Below, piece by piece: positions 8,582-17,774 of a stretch of DNA of 32,000 bases; position 1 is the first letter of the stretch; each line of letters begins with the position of its first letter. The translations under genes were made by a program, and so were the position numbers. The notes under the pieces were generated by a model. The model was not told the origin of the DNA, did not search any database, and saw nothing but the letters and a program-made list of their open reading frames with translations. Source of the DNA: Roseinatronobacter bogoriensis DSM 18756 (lineage in GTDB: Bacteria > Pseudomonadota > Alphaproteobacteria > Rhodobacterales > Rhodobacteraceae); the NCBI RefSeq assembly GCF_004366635.1, contig NZ_SORN01000010.1:94867-126866 (forward strand). The letters are read 5' to 3'.

Positions 8582-9838
8582 TCAGCTCTCCTTCAAAGGG
8601 GTCAGCGCCAGCAACGCGATTGCCACGACCTTCAACACCGAAGGCAGGGCAGCATATAGCAGGACAAGGGTGTTCAGCGCGGTCGGGCTGTTCTCAGCCC
8701 CGGCCTCAAAGCCTGCAACCTGCAAGGCGGGGAATACCATCAGCGCGGCCAGCGCCAGAGTGGCTTTGGTGACAAAGGCCCAAAGGCCAAAGCCCTTGGC
8801 CGCTTCAGGCGACAATTCGGCCATACGCCGCGAGAAAATGGCGGGCAACAGCGTCAGGTCAGCCCCGATGCCCGCCCCCGAGATCACGCAGATCAGCGCA
8901 AACAGCGCCAGATCGCCGGGGCCAAGCGTGGTGACAAAGGCGAAACTCAGCGCCGCCAGCCCCATACCTGAAAGCAGCGCCGTCTTGGCCCCGGTGCGCC
9001 GCGCCAGCCGCGCCCAAAGCGGCGCAGAGGCCGCCGCCGACAAAAACAGCAGGATCAGCAGCACACCTTCCATGCCTTCGGCCTGCAAGACGCTTTCGGC
9101 ATAGAACAGAAACAAGGTCGAGGTAATGGCGACTGGCGTTGCATTGACCAGCGCGACGATAAGCAAGCGCCGCGCGGTGGCATCTGCGAAGACATCGCGC
9201 AGGCTAAGCCCCGCTTCTGCCACTTGCACATTGCGCGCGCGCGGCCATTCGGCACGCATCGCAGCAATCGCCAGCACTGTGATGACAACAAAGCCGATGG
9301 CAAACCCCATGAATGGCGCAGGTAGCACCGCTTCAAGCGCCACGGGCGCGGCAGCGGCCAGACATACGCCCAGCAAGGCACCAGTTTCACGCCATCCGGC
9401 CAGATAGACATGCCCGCCCTGCCCCAGCGCATCGCCGCGCGCGGCACCCGTGGCGTAAAAACAGATGGTGAGGAAGGAATAGCACGAAAACAGCAGCGTC
9501 AGGGCAATGGCAAACCATGCAAGCGGCGCGAACAGCGGCGGGACAGCAAACAGCATCAGCATTGCAGCGGCCATCACGGCAGCGGTAAGCGCGACCGCCA
9601 GCCCGCGCATATGAGTCAGCCTTGCCGCCAGCCAGCCCAGCGCTGGGTCTTGCAAGAAATCAAGCCCGCGCAACACGAACAACACCGTGCCCAGCGCGGC
9701 CAGAGATACGGCATATTCATCAACGTAGAAATACGGGGCATGAATATAGATCGGCAAACCGGCCATCGCCAGCAACCCGCCAAACAGCGAATAGCCCCAC
9801 AGGCGTGGGCGCGGGCTGGCGGCAACCGCAGTGGTCAT
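8582..9838 (-). CDS. MFS-type transporter
   Basis: This is the internal ATG (cat 9836-9838) of ORF 8582..9916, and it overlaps the DUF1365 stop as ATGA. The product is a polytopic hydrophobic protein with about 12 predicted helices by eye. Confidence 0.8.
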   Translation of the reverse strand: MTTAVAASPRPRLWGYSLFGGLLAMAGLPIYIHAPYFYVDEYAVSLAALGTVLFVLRGLDFLQDPALGWLAARLTHMRGLAVALTAAVMAAAMLMLFAVPPLFAPLAWFAIALTLLFSCYSFLTICFYATGAARGDALGQGGHVYLAGWRETGALLGVCLAAAAPVALEAVLPAPFMGFAIGFVVITVLAIAAMRAEWPRARNVQVAEAGLSLRDVFADATARRLLIVALVNATPVAITSTLFLFYAESVLQAEGMEGVLLILLFLSAAASAPLWARLARRTGAKTALLSGMGLAALSFAFVTTLGPGDLALFALICVISGAGIGADLTLLPAIFSRRMAELSPEAAKGFGLWAFVTKATLALAALMVFPALQVAGFEAGAENSPTALNTLVLLYAALPSVLKVVAIALLALTPLKES

Positions 9839-10605
9839 TGGCTGACCTCTTGTGAGGGTGGCTTTGGCCGTCCGTTGAACTTTGCCCCCCGCCACCACAG
9901 CTTGAGTGCTTGCCAATGGATCAGCGCCAGCACCCGGCGCGAACCGAAACGGCGCACCATTGCGCCCAGAATGGCACGATTTCCCAACGGACGGCGCTGC
10001 CCGGTCAGAGTGGCGACCAGCCCCGCCCCCGGTGCCTCGTGATCCTGCGTATAGCCGATACGGATGGACAGCTTGTCAGGATGGATGTTGAAATTGAACG
10101 CATAATCCCCTTCGACCGGCTGAAACGGCGAGACATAGAATATCTTCTGCGCTGCCAGCGTATCACTACCCTGAATGACCGAACGGTCGGGCTTGACGCA
10201 GAGATAGGAATGGCGGTCACCATAGGTATTGTTCACTTCGGCAATCACCGCGCGCAAGCCGCCTTGCGCGTCATGGCACAGCCAGAAACTGACCGGGTTA
10301 AACAGATGGCCCAGCACGCGCGGTTGCGTCAGCAGATAGACCACGCCATCGGTTACCCCCTCCAACTGATGGGACGCAAGCACCTCGCGGGCCCAAGCGG
10401 CCCCTCGCCCCTGACCAGGCGCGCCGCCGTGGTCGCGGTCACTCAGGCTGGCAATGTTGCGCGCATTGCGCGACATCAGGCGCGGCAGGTGCAGGTCTTC
10501 CTCGGCATTGAACAGCACGTAATCCACCGCATAGGTGAACTTGTTGCTGATCGGCCCGCGCCGCCCGTGAAAGGTCTGGCCTGCGATATGTTCTACACCA
10601 CTCAT
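9835..10605 (-). CDS. DUF1365 family protein
   Basis: The product reads ...HGRRGPISNKFTYAVDYVLF...LGHLFNPVSFWLCHD..GGLRAVIAEVNNTYGDRHSYL... with the characteristic FNPVSFW motif. Its start overlaps the upstream stop as ATGA (10602-10605). Confidence 0.85.
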   Translation of the reverse strand: MSGVEHIAGQTFHGRRGPISNKFTYAVDYVLFNAEEDLHLPRLMSRNARNIASLSDRDHGGAPGQGRGAAWAREVLASHQLEGVTDGVVYLLTQPRVLGHLFNPVSFWLCHDAQGGLRAVIAEVNNTYGDRHSYLCVKPDRSVIQGSDTLAAQKIFYVSPFQPVEGDYAFNFNIHPDKLSIRIGYTQDHEAPGAGLVATLTGQRRPLGNRAILGAMVRRFGSRRVLALIHWQALKLWWRGAKFNGRPKPPSQEVSQ

Positions 10606-11900
10606 GCGACCGCCAGGCTCTTGACACGCGCTTCCATCGCGCGCGCGACATCGACCGCGCTGGCAAAGCCGTCCTCATGAAAGCCATTGCGCATCCAGGC
10701 CCCGCAGAACCACGTGCGATTGGTGCCGTTGAAGTTCTGGATTGCCTTTTGTGCCGCCAGTGCCGCCGCGTCATAGACAGGGTGCGAGAATGTGTAAGTG
10801 TCGTAGATACATTCCTCGCGCACCGGATGATTGGCATTCAGCGTGATGAACATGGGGTCATCATGGGGGATGGGTTGAAGCGAATTCATCCAATAGCTTA
10901 GTGAAATGCGGTCGCGGTCCTGTGGCCCGCGTTCGGTATAGACCCAGCTTGACCAGCACTTGCGCCGCTTGGGCATGAAACTGGTATCGCAATGCAGAAT
11001 CGCGTCATTGGGTTGGTATTTCACCGCGCCCAGGGCCTGTGCTTCTGCCCCGGTTGGGTCTGCCAGCAAACGCAGGCTGACATCGGAATGGGTGGCAAGG
11101 ATCACTTCATCGAATTGCTCTTCCTCAGTCCCTTCAACCTTGACCCAGACGCCCATTGGCCCGCGCCGTACCGACTGAACAGGCGTCCCAGCGCGCAGAT
11201 TGACGCCAGCGCGGTCCAGATACGCCTCCAGCCGCCGAACATATTCGACCGATCCGCCCTGAACCGTGTACCATTGGTGCTGTCCCTCATAGCCAAGCAG
11301 CGCGTGGTTGCGAAAGAAATCCATCATCGCATGGGCCGGAAAATCGAGGATTTTCTGCGTCGGCGTGGACCAGATCGCGCCCGAGAAGGGCAGAAGATAC
11401 CGCTCTCGGAACCAGTCGCCGGTTCCGAGCTTGTCCAACAGCGCACCAATACTCAGGCTTGGGTTGGCCTGGCTGACGGACAGGGCATTCTTGTTGAAAT
11501 GCATGATATCGCGGATCATGCGCCAGTAACGCGGGTTGACCAAATTCTTGCGGGTGGCAAAAATCTCGTCAATCCCGGAGAGTGAATACTCAAACCCACC
11601 CCCATCAAACGATGCGCCGAAAGACATGTTCGACTTCACGACCGGCACATCCAGCTTTTCAAAAAGCGCGGTCAGGTATGGGTAATTGGTGTAGTTGAAA
11701 ACGATAAAGCCCGTATCAACAGGCTGGGTCCCGTTCTTTCCAGCCGCGATGGTGCGTGCATGTCCCCCGAAACGGGGCTCCGCCTCAAATAACGTGACAC
11801 GGTGCCTCTGAGACATGAGCCAGGCACTTGACAGCCCGGAGATGCCCCCGCCTATAACTGCAATTCTTCTGGCCGGGGTATCAATCAGTTCAAATGGCAT
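10602..11900 (-). CDS. NAD(P)/FAD-dependent oxidoreductase (amine-oxidase-like), first gene of the operon
   Basis: It carries the dinucleotide-binding N-terminus RRIAVIGGGISGLSSAWLMSQRHRVTLFEAEPRFGGHARTI. It lies divergent from rpoE-chrR. Confidence 0.85.
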   Translation of the reverse strand: MPFELIDTPARRIAVIGGGISGLSSAWLMSQRHRVTLFEAEPRFGGHARTIAAGKNGTQPVDTGFIVFNYTNYPYLTALFEKLDVPVVKSNMSFGASFDGGGFEYSLSGIDEIFATRKNLVNPRYWRMIRDIMHFNKNALSVSQANPSLSIGALLDKLGTGDWFRERYLLPFSGAIWSTPTQKILDFPAHAMMDFFRNHALLGYEGQHQWYTVQGGSVEYVRRLEAYLDRAGVNLRAGTPVQSVRRGPMGVWVKVEGTEEEQFDEVILATHSDVSLRLLADPTGAEAQALGAVKYQPNDAILHCDTSFMPKRRKCWSSWVYTERGPQDRDRISLSYWMNSLQPIPHDDPMFITLNANHPVREECIYDTYTFSHPVYDAAALAAQKAIQNFNGTNRTWFCGAWMRNGFHEDGFASAVDVARAMEARVKSLAVA

Positions 11901-11933
11901 TCAGCCACTCCCTATCATCTTTATGTTGTCAGG

Positions 11934-11961
11934 ATTACGCGGTGCGCCCAGCGGCGGATCA
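11934..11961 (-). promoter_or_regulatory. Putative RpoE(ChrR-class ECF)-type promoter for the FAD-oxidoreductase operon
   Basis: The minus strand reads TGATCC (11961..11956), then 16 nt, then CGTAAT (11939..11934). This lies about 35-60 nt upstream of the ATG at 11900. The hexamer, spacing and CGTAA match the plus-strand copy at 12008-12035. Confidence 0.5.
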
Positions 11962-12007
11962 TTTGGAAAAAGATGTGATTTTCATGTGAATTTTTTGAGC
12001 TGAGATG

Positions 12008-12035
12008 TGATCCAGTTTCGAGCATGTAACGTAAA
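12008..12035 (+). promoter_or_regulatory. Putative autoregulated RpoE-type promoter for rpoE-chrR
   Basis: TGATCC (12008-12013), then 16 nt, then CGTAAA (12030-12035). As I recall it, this matches the TGATC...CGTA class of ChrR-associated ECF sigma promoters. Confidence 0.55.
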
Positions 12036-12041
12036 TCTGAC

Positions 12042-12692
12042 ATGTTTGACATCACGCCACAAACTCTGCCTTCTCGACAAGCCGCCGCGGCTGTGGATAT
12101 GCTGTGCGCTCAACACGGGATATCGCGCCGCGGGAAAAGGCAATCGGAAGTGGATGTACAAAACGCAGCGAAGTGGGTTGTCCTTCTTGAGAAAGTGGCG
12201 ACCGAACAGGATACAGACGCTTTCACAGAGGTGTTCGAGCATTTTGCGCCACGGGTCAAAGGCTTTTTGATAAAATCAGGGGCTGACCATGCCATGGCGG
12301 AAGAATGCGCCCAAGATGTGATGGTGACGGTCTGGAACAAGGCCGCACAGTTTGACCCGGCGCGCGCAAGCGTCGCAACATGGATATTTACCATCGCCCG
12401 CAATCGGCGCATCGACATGCTGCGCCGTGATCGCAGGCCAGAGCCTGAAGAATTAACCTGGGGACCGGAAGCAGAGCCAGACCAACTGGACGTCATGACC
12501 ATGCAGCAGGAAAGCGAGCAGCTGATCTCAGCCATCGCAAGCCTGCCTGAAAAACAGCGCGTGATGATCGAGCGCGCCTATTTTGGCGATTTGACCCATA
12601 GCGAAATCGCCGAAGAAACCGGACTGCCCCTTGGCACGATCAAATCCCGAATACGGCTGGCGCTTGAACGTTTGCGCCATTCCCTGAGTTGA
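12042..12692 (+). CDS. rpoE: ECF sigma factor RpoE (ChrR-regulated, ECF11-like)
   Basis: The product reads ...DAFTEVFEHFAPRVKGFLIKSG...AEECAQDVMVTVWNKAAQFDPARASVATWIFTIARNRRIDMLRRDRRPEPE...LPEKQRVMIERAYFGDLTHSEIAEETGLPLGTIKSRIRLALERLR, and an anti-sigma gene follows. The start is uncertain. The ATG at 12042 lies only about 7 nt after the putative -10, and an in-frame GTG at 12150 with AAAGG upstream is an alternative. Confidence 0.85.
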   Translation: MFDITPQTLPSRQAAAAVDMLCAQHGISRRGKRQSEVDVQNAAKWVVLLEKVATEQDTDAFTEVFEHFAPRVKGFLIKSGADHAMAEECAQDVMVTVWNKAAQFDPARASVATWIFTIARNRRIDMLRRDRRPEPEELTWGPEAEPDQLDVMTMQQESEQLISAIASLPEKQRVMIERAYFGDLTHSEIAEETGLPLGTIKSRIRLALERLRHSLS

Positions 12693-12706
12693 GAAAGACG
12701 ACGACC

Positions 12707-13366
12707 ATGATTACCCACCACCTGAGCGACAAGTTGTTGATGGCCTACTCTTCCGGCACGCTGCCCGAAGCATTCAACCTTGCTGTCGCGACCCATATCG
12801 CCATGTGCGACGAATGCCGCGCAAGGTTGGCAAGCTTTGACGCAATTGGCGGCGCAGTTCTGGAGCGTGCCGAAGATACAGCCGCGCCCATGTCGCATGA
12901 AACCCTGCTGGCGACATTGTCGCGCATCAAGGATCAAGGCCCCCGTGAACAAGCTGCCCAGAGCGGCAGGGCAACGCAGGAAGGCTGGACCCTGCCAGAG
13001 CCATTGCGCAGCTATGTCGGCGGGGATGTACAGGATGTGAAATGGCGCAATGTCGGCGGCGGCGTGCGTCAGGCTGTTATACCGACATCCGAAAATGCGA
13101 CAGCGCGTCTTTTGTATATTCCGGCGGGCAAGGCTGTGCCCGATCATGGCCATCATGGCATGGAATTGACACTGGTGCTGCAAGGCGCCTTTGCCGATGA
13201 AGAGGATTGCTTCAGCCGCGGCGATATAGAGATTGCGGATGAAGGGACCGAACACCAGCCGATCGCGCAAGTCGGCGCAGATTGCATCTGCCTTGCCGTA
13301 ACGGATGCGCCGTTGAAATTCCGCGGCCTGCTGCCGCGTCTGGCCCAGCCGTTTCTGGGTATTTGA
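12707..13366 (+). CDS. chrR: Anti-sigma-E factor ChrR (ZAS N-domain plus cupin C-domain)
   Basis: The start is the ATG at 12707, whereas the track ORF begins at a TTG at 12689. The product MITHHLSDKLLMAYSSGTLPEAFNLAVATHIAMCDECRARL contains the H-x3-C-x2-C zinc anti-sigma motif. The C-terminal part ...IPAGKAVPDHGHHGMELTLVLQGAF.DE is cupin-like. Confidence 0.85.
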   Translation: MITHHLSDKLLMAYSSGTLPEAFNLAVATHIAMCDECRARLASFDAIGGAVLERAEDTAAPMSHETLLATLSRIKDQGPREQAAQSGRATQEGWTLPEPLRSYVGGDVQDVKWRNVGGGVRQAVIPTSENATARLLYIPAGKAVPDHGHHGMELTLVLQGAFADEEDCFSRGDIEIADEGTEHQPIAQVGADCICLAVTDAPLKFRGLLPRLAQPFLGI

Positions 13367-13435
13367 TACAGATCAAGGCAGCCCGTGTCGGTCCATGCGA
13401 CCTCGCATTCATAAAATAATATGTGAGGAATGAAC

Positions 13436-13774
13436 ATGGACTACCCTGCTTTCATCGCGGCAACCCGCGACCAGAGCCGCAATCTGGCAAAAGCCATTCC
13501 GGACGCCATGAAAGGGTTTGGCGGGCTGTCGCGCGCGGTCAAGGAAGGCGGCGTGCTTGGCTACAAGGAAAAGGAATTTGTGGCACTTGGCATTGCCATC
13601 GGTGTGCGCTGCGAGCCTTGCATCGCATTCCATGTCGAAGCACTGATCAAGGCTGGTGCCACGCGCGAGGAATTGGGCGATGTGCTGGCCATGGCGATCC
13701 AGATGGGCGGTGGCCCGGCAGTGATGTATGCAGGCAAGGCGCTTGATTGCTGGGACCAGCTTCAGGCAGTGTAA
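13436..13774 (+). CDS. Carboxymuconolactone decarboxylase / AhpD-like family protein
   Basis: The product reads MDYPAFIAATRDQSRNLAKAIPDAMKGFGGL...KEKEFVALGIAIGVRCEPCIAFHVEALIKAGATREEL..VLAMAIQMGGGPA, with a CxxC in the AhpD-like core. A GAGGAA sits 5 nt upstream of the ATG at 13436. The ATG at 13430 is an alternative start. Confidence 0.8.
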   Translation: MDYPAFIAATRDQSRNLAKAIPDAMKGFGGLSRAVKEGGVLGYKEKEFVALGIAIGVRCEPCIAFHVEALIKAGATREELGDVLAMAIQMGGGPAVMYAGKALDCWDQLQAV

Positions 13775-13886
13775 TCCGATTGTGCGGCTGCGCCGCAAGT
13801 TCATATGTCACCCCCTGCCCGTTCCGGGCCGGGGGTTCCGGGTTTGAGTATTTTTAGCAAGAAAATGCGGCATTTCTAAACAAGAT

Positions 13887-13912
13887 AAAAAAACCCCGCC
13901 AAAAAGGCGGGG
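13887..13912 (-). terminator. Rho-independent terminator downstream of ccrM
   Basis: The stem is CCCCGCC (13894-13900) and GGCGGGG (13906-13912) with an AAAAA loop. On the minus strand the hairpin is followed by a T7 run (complement of A7 at 13887-13893). Confidence 0.6.
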
Positions 13913-13965
13913 TAAGTTGGTGTCCCGGCGGGTAACACAGGACACCGGCGGTAAAGGGTTAAGCG

Positions 13966-15174
<1,209 letters not shown>

Positions 15175-15183
15175 TCATGTAAC

Positions 15184-15807
15184 CTATGGACACAAGATTT
15201 TGCGTATCGGCGCGAAGGAGCGCCTATGCTCGGGGGTTGGCCCCAAATCTGCTATGGCATTTTTGTGACGCTTGGTCGGATAACCTGCGTTCTCGGCCCA
15301 GCCATAGCCGGGATAGCGCTGGTCCAGTTCCGCCATGATCCGGTCGCGTGTGACCTTGGCAATGATTGAGGCCGCCGCGATGGAGAGCACGCGCCCATCG
15401 CCCTTGATCACAGCCTCGGCGCGGCAGGGTAGATCGGCTGGCAGGCGGTTGCCATCAATCAACAAGTGGTCGGGGGGCGTTTGCAGTGCGGCAATCGCGC
15501 GATGCATTGCCAGATAAGTGGCCTGCAAGATGTTCATCGCATCAATCTCGGCCGGGGTGGCATGGCCGATGCCTACATCCGCACTGGCCATAATCGCATC
15601 GAATAGCTGGGTGCGCGCCGCAGCGCCCAGGCGTTTGGAATCCGCAAGCCCCTGTGGGATAGCAGCAGGGTCCAGCCACACGGCCGCAGCCGTCACCGGA
15701 CCGCAGAGGGGGCCACGGCCCACTTCATCCACGCCGACAATACGGCGCGCGCCTTGCAGGGCTGCAAGGCGCTCGAACTCATAATCAGGGGCGGGCGCAG
15801 GGGGCAT
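15184..15807 (-). CDS. rnhB: Ribonuclease HII
   Basis: The product reads ...IVGVDEVGRGPLCGPVTAAAVWLD....GLADSKRL....R..L...I......IG.A...EID..NI..AT.LAM.RA...L...PD..LIDGN......AIIKGD....SIAAASI.AKV.RD..M. Confidence 0.9.
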   Translation of the reverse strand: MPPAPAPDYEFERLAALQGARRIVGVDEVGRGPLCGPVTAAAVWLDPAAIPQGLADSKRLGAAARTQLFDAIMASADVGIGHATPAEIDAMNILQATYLAMHRAIAALQTPPDHLLIDGNRLPADLPCRAEAVIKGDGRVLSIAAASIIAKVTRDRIMAELDQRYPGYGWAENAGYPTKRHKNAIADLGPTPEHRRSFAPIRKILCP

Positions 15808-15845
15808 GGCCTGTCATGCCCCATTGACGCGCATCTGTGCAACCC

Positions 15846-16523
15846 TCAACGGCGCTGTGTGCGATAACCGCGCTCGGTCAGGCACTGGGCGGAATAGATC
15901 GTTCCACTGGTGCTTCGAACCTGACAGGTGCGCGGCAGATCGCGCACGCCGCGCTGTTCCAGACAGGCGCCACGATACCCCGCCAAAGTCTGGCCGCCAT
16001 AGCGGTAAGAGATCAGACATTGCTGCGGCAGCACCGATCCGCCTTGCCAGCCACCCCCGCGCGGCGGAGTGGGTTGGTGACGGTCGCGGCCGCGATTGGG
16101 CGCGCTGCGTTCCGGGAAATAGCCTGCGTTGCGCAGGCAGGTGGCGCGATAGACACTGCGCTGCCCGCGATTGGTGCGCACTGTTTCCTGACATTGGCGC
16201 GGCAGGTTGCGCAGCCCGGCATTGCGCAAGCATTGCGCGTTATACACCGTGATATCCCGATTACGGACGCGCAAGACCTCTCGGCAGTAATCGGGCAATT
16301 CGCGGCTGGCATATTGCGGCCGGTTCTGACTGGTGCCCCTGTCAGAGCGGGCCGCCTGAACAACGATGGCCACGGCCGCCGCGCCCAGAAGTAGCTTGAT
16401 GAGCGCATCATCAGACGCCTGTGCAGGGGTCGCGGGCAGGCTGATTGCACCCAGCGCGACACCGGCGGCCAGAATCGCACCGGTGGCACGCTGTCGCAAT
16501 GTGCTGAACAATGTTGTGGTCAT
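15846..16523 (-). CDS. Secreted protein with four tandem Cys-pair repeats (unknown function)
   Basis: This is the internal ATG (cat 16521-16523) of ORF 15846..16787, with GAAGGAA/GAGG upstream. It has a signal peptide ...GAISLPATPAQASDD. Four units of the form LP..C-x12-15-Y..(A/T)CL...G follow. Confidence 0.65.
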   Translation of the reverse strand: MTTTLFSTLRQRATGAILAAGVALGAISLPATPAQASDDALIKLLLGAAAVAIVVQAARSDRGTSQNRPQYASRELPDYCREVLRVRNRDITVYNAQCLRNAGLRNLPRQCQETVRTNRGQRSVYRATCLRNAGYFPERSAPNRGRDRHQPTPPRGGGWQGGSVLPQQCLISYRYGGQTLAGYRGACLEQRGVRDLPRTCQVRSTSGTIYSAQCLTERGYRTQRR

Positions 16524-16673
16524 GCCTCGGGTTCCTTCGTTTGAAAAACTTGTACCCGAAGCGTGCTGTGATACGGCATTGCCGTGCAATAACGCCTGCC
16601 TGCTATCAGATAACAACGCACAGGCAACAGGGCTGATATTGAATAACCGTGCCGCTGGTGCAATGGTTCCGCC

Positions 16674-16964
16674 ATGAAAACCACGATCCTTTCTGCGGTG
16701 TTTCTGGCACTGACGCTTGCGGGGCAAGCCTCGGCCCAGTGTTACGCAGATTACAAGGCCAAGCAGGACAACCCGTTGCGCCTGCAATATGGCATCATTG
16801 AATTACCGCAATCAGCCTGCGCATCGGTGCAGGCTGCCCGTAACTATGCCGAACCTGTCATTTCACGAAGTGGCTGGACGCTATTACAGATCGAGTCCAT
16901 CTTCGACCAATCCGAATTTCATAGCAGGAGCGCCAATGCCGGGGCCATCCATCTCCGCCAGTGA
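16674..16964 (+). CDS. Small secreted protein (unknown function)
   Basis: It has a clear Sec signal, MKTTILSAVFLALTLAGQASA-QCYADYKAK. The mature part is about 75 aa with two Cys. The 3-prime end overlaps the next CDS by 29 nt. Confidence 0.55.
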   Translation: MKTTILSAVFLALTLAGQASAQCYADYKAKQDNPLRLQYGIIELPQSACASVQAARNYAEPVISRSGWTLLQIESIFDQSEFHSRSANAGAIHLRQ

Positions 16965-17640
16965 TCTGGCGCGCATCGGGAACCGGGCGGTTGTCTGGGG
17001 TGTCGCGGCGATTGTTGGTGTTCTGGTTCTGACGGCGGTGCTGCTGTTTCTGAACCTGCCAGATGCGGGCGCGTTTAATGCCCGGGTCGAGCGGGTCTTT
17101 GTCGAGAATGCTGACCTGACCAGTCAAGCCGAAATCAAGCTACTGGAGATTCTGGCACAATCAGGCACGGCGTTTTCGGAAACGCTGGTGTCCTATCGGG
17201 TTGTGATTTTTGTGTTACTGGTTTTTGCGACCGGGCTTCTGGTGACCTCTCTGGTCATGATCGTGCTGTTGATCACGCTGAACCGGCGCATGGCAATGGT
17301 CGAGAAGCAGGGCTTGCAAGTCTCTCAACTGGTGATCGACCGGGCCACCAATTCGGTTGCGATCAATGATATGGAATTCAAACTGACCCCCGCCGCAGTC
17401 GAGACATTGGCGGTGCTGGCAGAGGCGCGCATTGATGATGAGGTGCTGACCGGGGCAGCCATCGAGGCTGTCATCTCTGGCCGGATGGAGGTGGATTGCG
17501 ATGAGGCCGCAGGGGCCACACGCATTAAACGATTGCGCGATACTTTGGGCAACCAGTTGATAAGCGAAGTGCTGGTCAAGAATATCGCGCGGCAGGGCTA
17601 TATGCTGGCAATTGACAGCAAGGTGATTTCCCTGCGCTAG
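16936..17640 (+). CDS. Two-TM membrane protein with a C-terminal OmpR/PhoB-type winged-helix DNA-binding domain
   Basis: This is the internal ATG 16936 of ORF 16717..17640, preceded by AGGAG (16926-16930). The TM segments are AVVWGVAAIVGVLVLTAVLLFL and VVIFVLLVFATGLLVTSLVMIVLLITL. The C-terminus ...FKLTPAAVETLAVLA......VLTGAAI.......ATRIKRLRDTLG......VKNIARQGYMLAI resembles the trans_reg_C pattern. Confidence 0.65.
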   Translation: MPGPSISASDLARIGNRAVVWGVAAIVGVLVLTAVLLFLNLPDAGAFNARVERVFVENADLTSQAEIKLLEILAQSGTAFSETLVSYRVVIFVLLVFATGLLVTSLVMIVLLITLNRRMAMVEKQGLQVSQLVIDRATNSVAINDMEFKLTPAAVETLAVLAEARIDDEVLTGAAIEAVISGRMEVDCDEAAGATRIKRLRDTLGNQLISEVLVKNIARQGYMLAIDSKVISLR

Positions 17641-17774
17641 TGTTCGCCACCCGACGAAAGGGTCCCGCGCCCGATCCGGTGCTTTCGTCAGGGAAGGCTA
17701 TACGGAACCTTGCGGACGTTCGGGCCCGATGGCGAATGGCGAGACTTAGCACGCGCAGCACAACAGACGGCGCT

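Noticed and set aside
8145-9104. Large antisense ORFs inside real genes. Examples are 8145..9104(+), 9410..10042(+), 9910..10680(+), 10992..11585(+), 12578..13270(-), 14287..15012(+), 15837..16394(+) and 20440..21114(-).
   Set aside because: Each lies opposite a gene with clear family motifs. Their translations are Arg/Ala/Pro-rich with no motifs. They are GC-driven open frames.
13894-13912. The hairpin as a terminator for the plus-strand AhpD-like gene as well (a bidirectional terminator).
   Set aside because: On the plus strand the stem is followed by TAAGTTGG and not by a U-tract. Only the minus-strand (ccrM) orientation has the T7 tail.
16717-16935. The upstream 73 codons of ORF 16717..17640.
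   Set aside because: This part overlaps, in another frame, the signal-peptide protein gene 16674..16964 and has an Arg/Pro-rich junk-like translation. A strong AGGAG-N5-ATG at 16936 gives a sensible TM protein.
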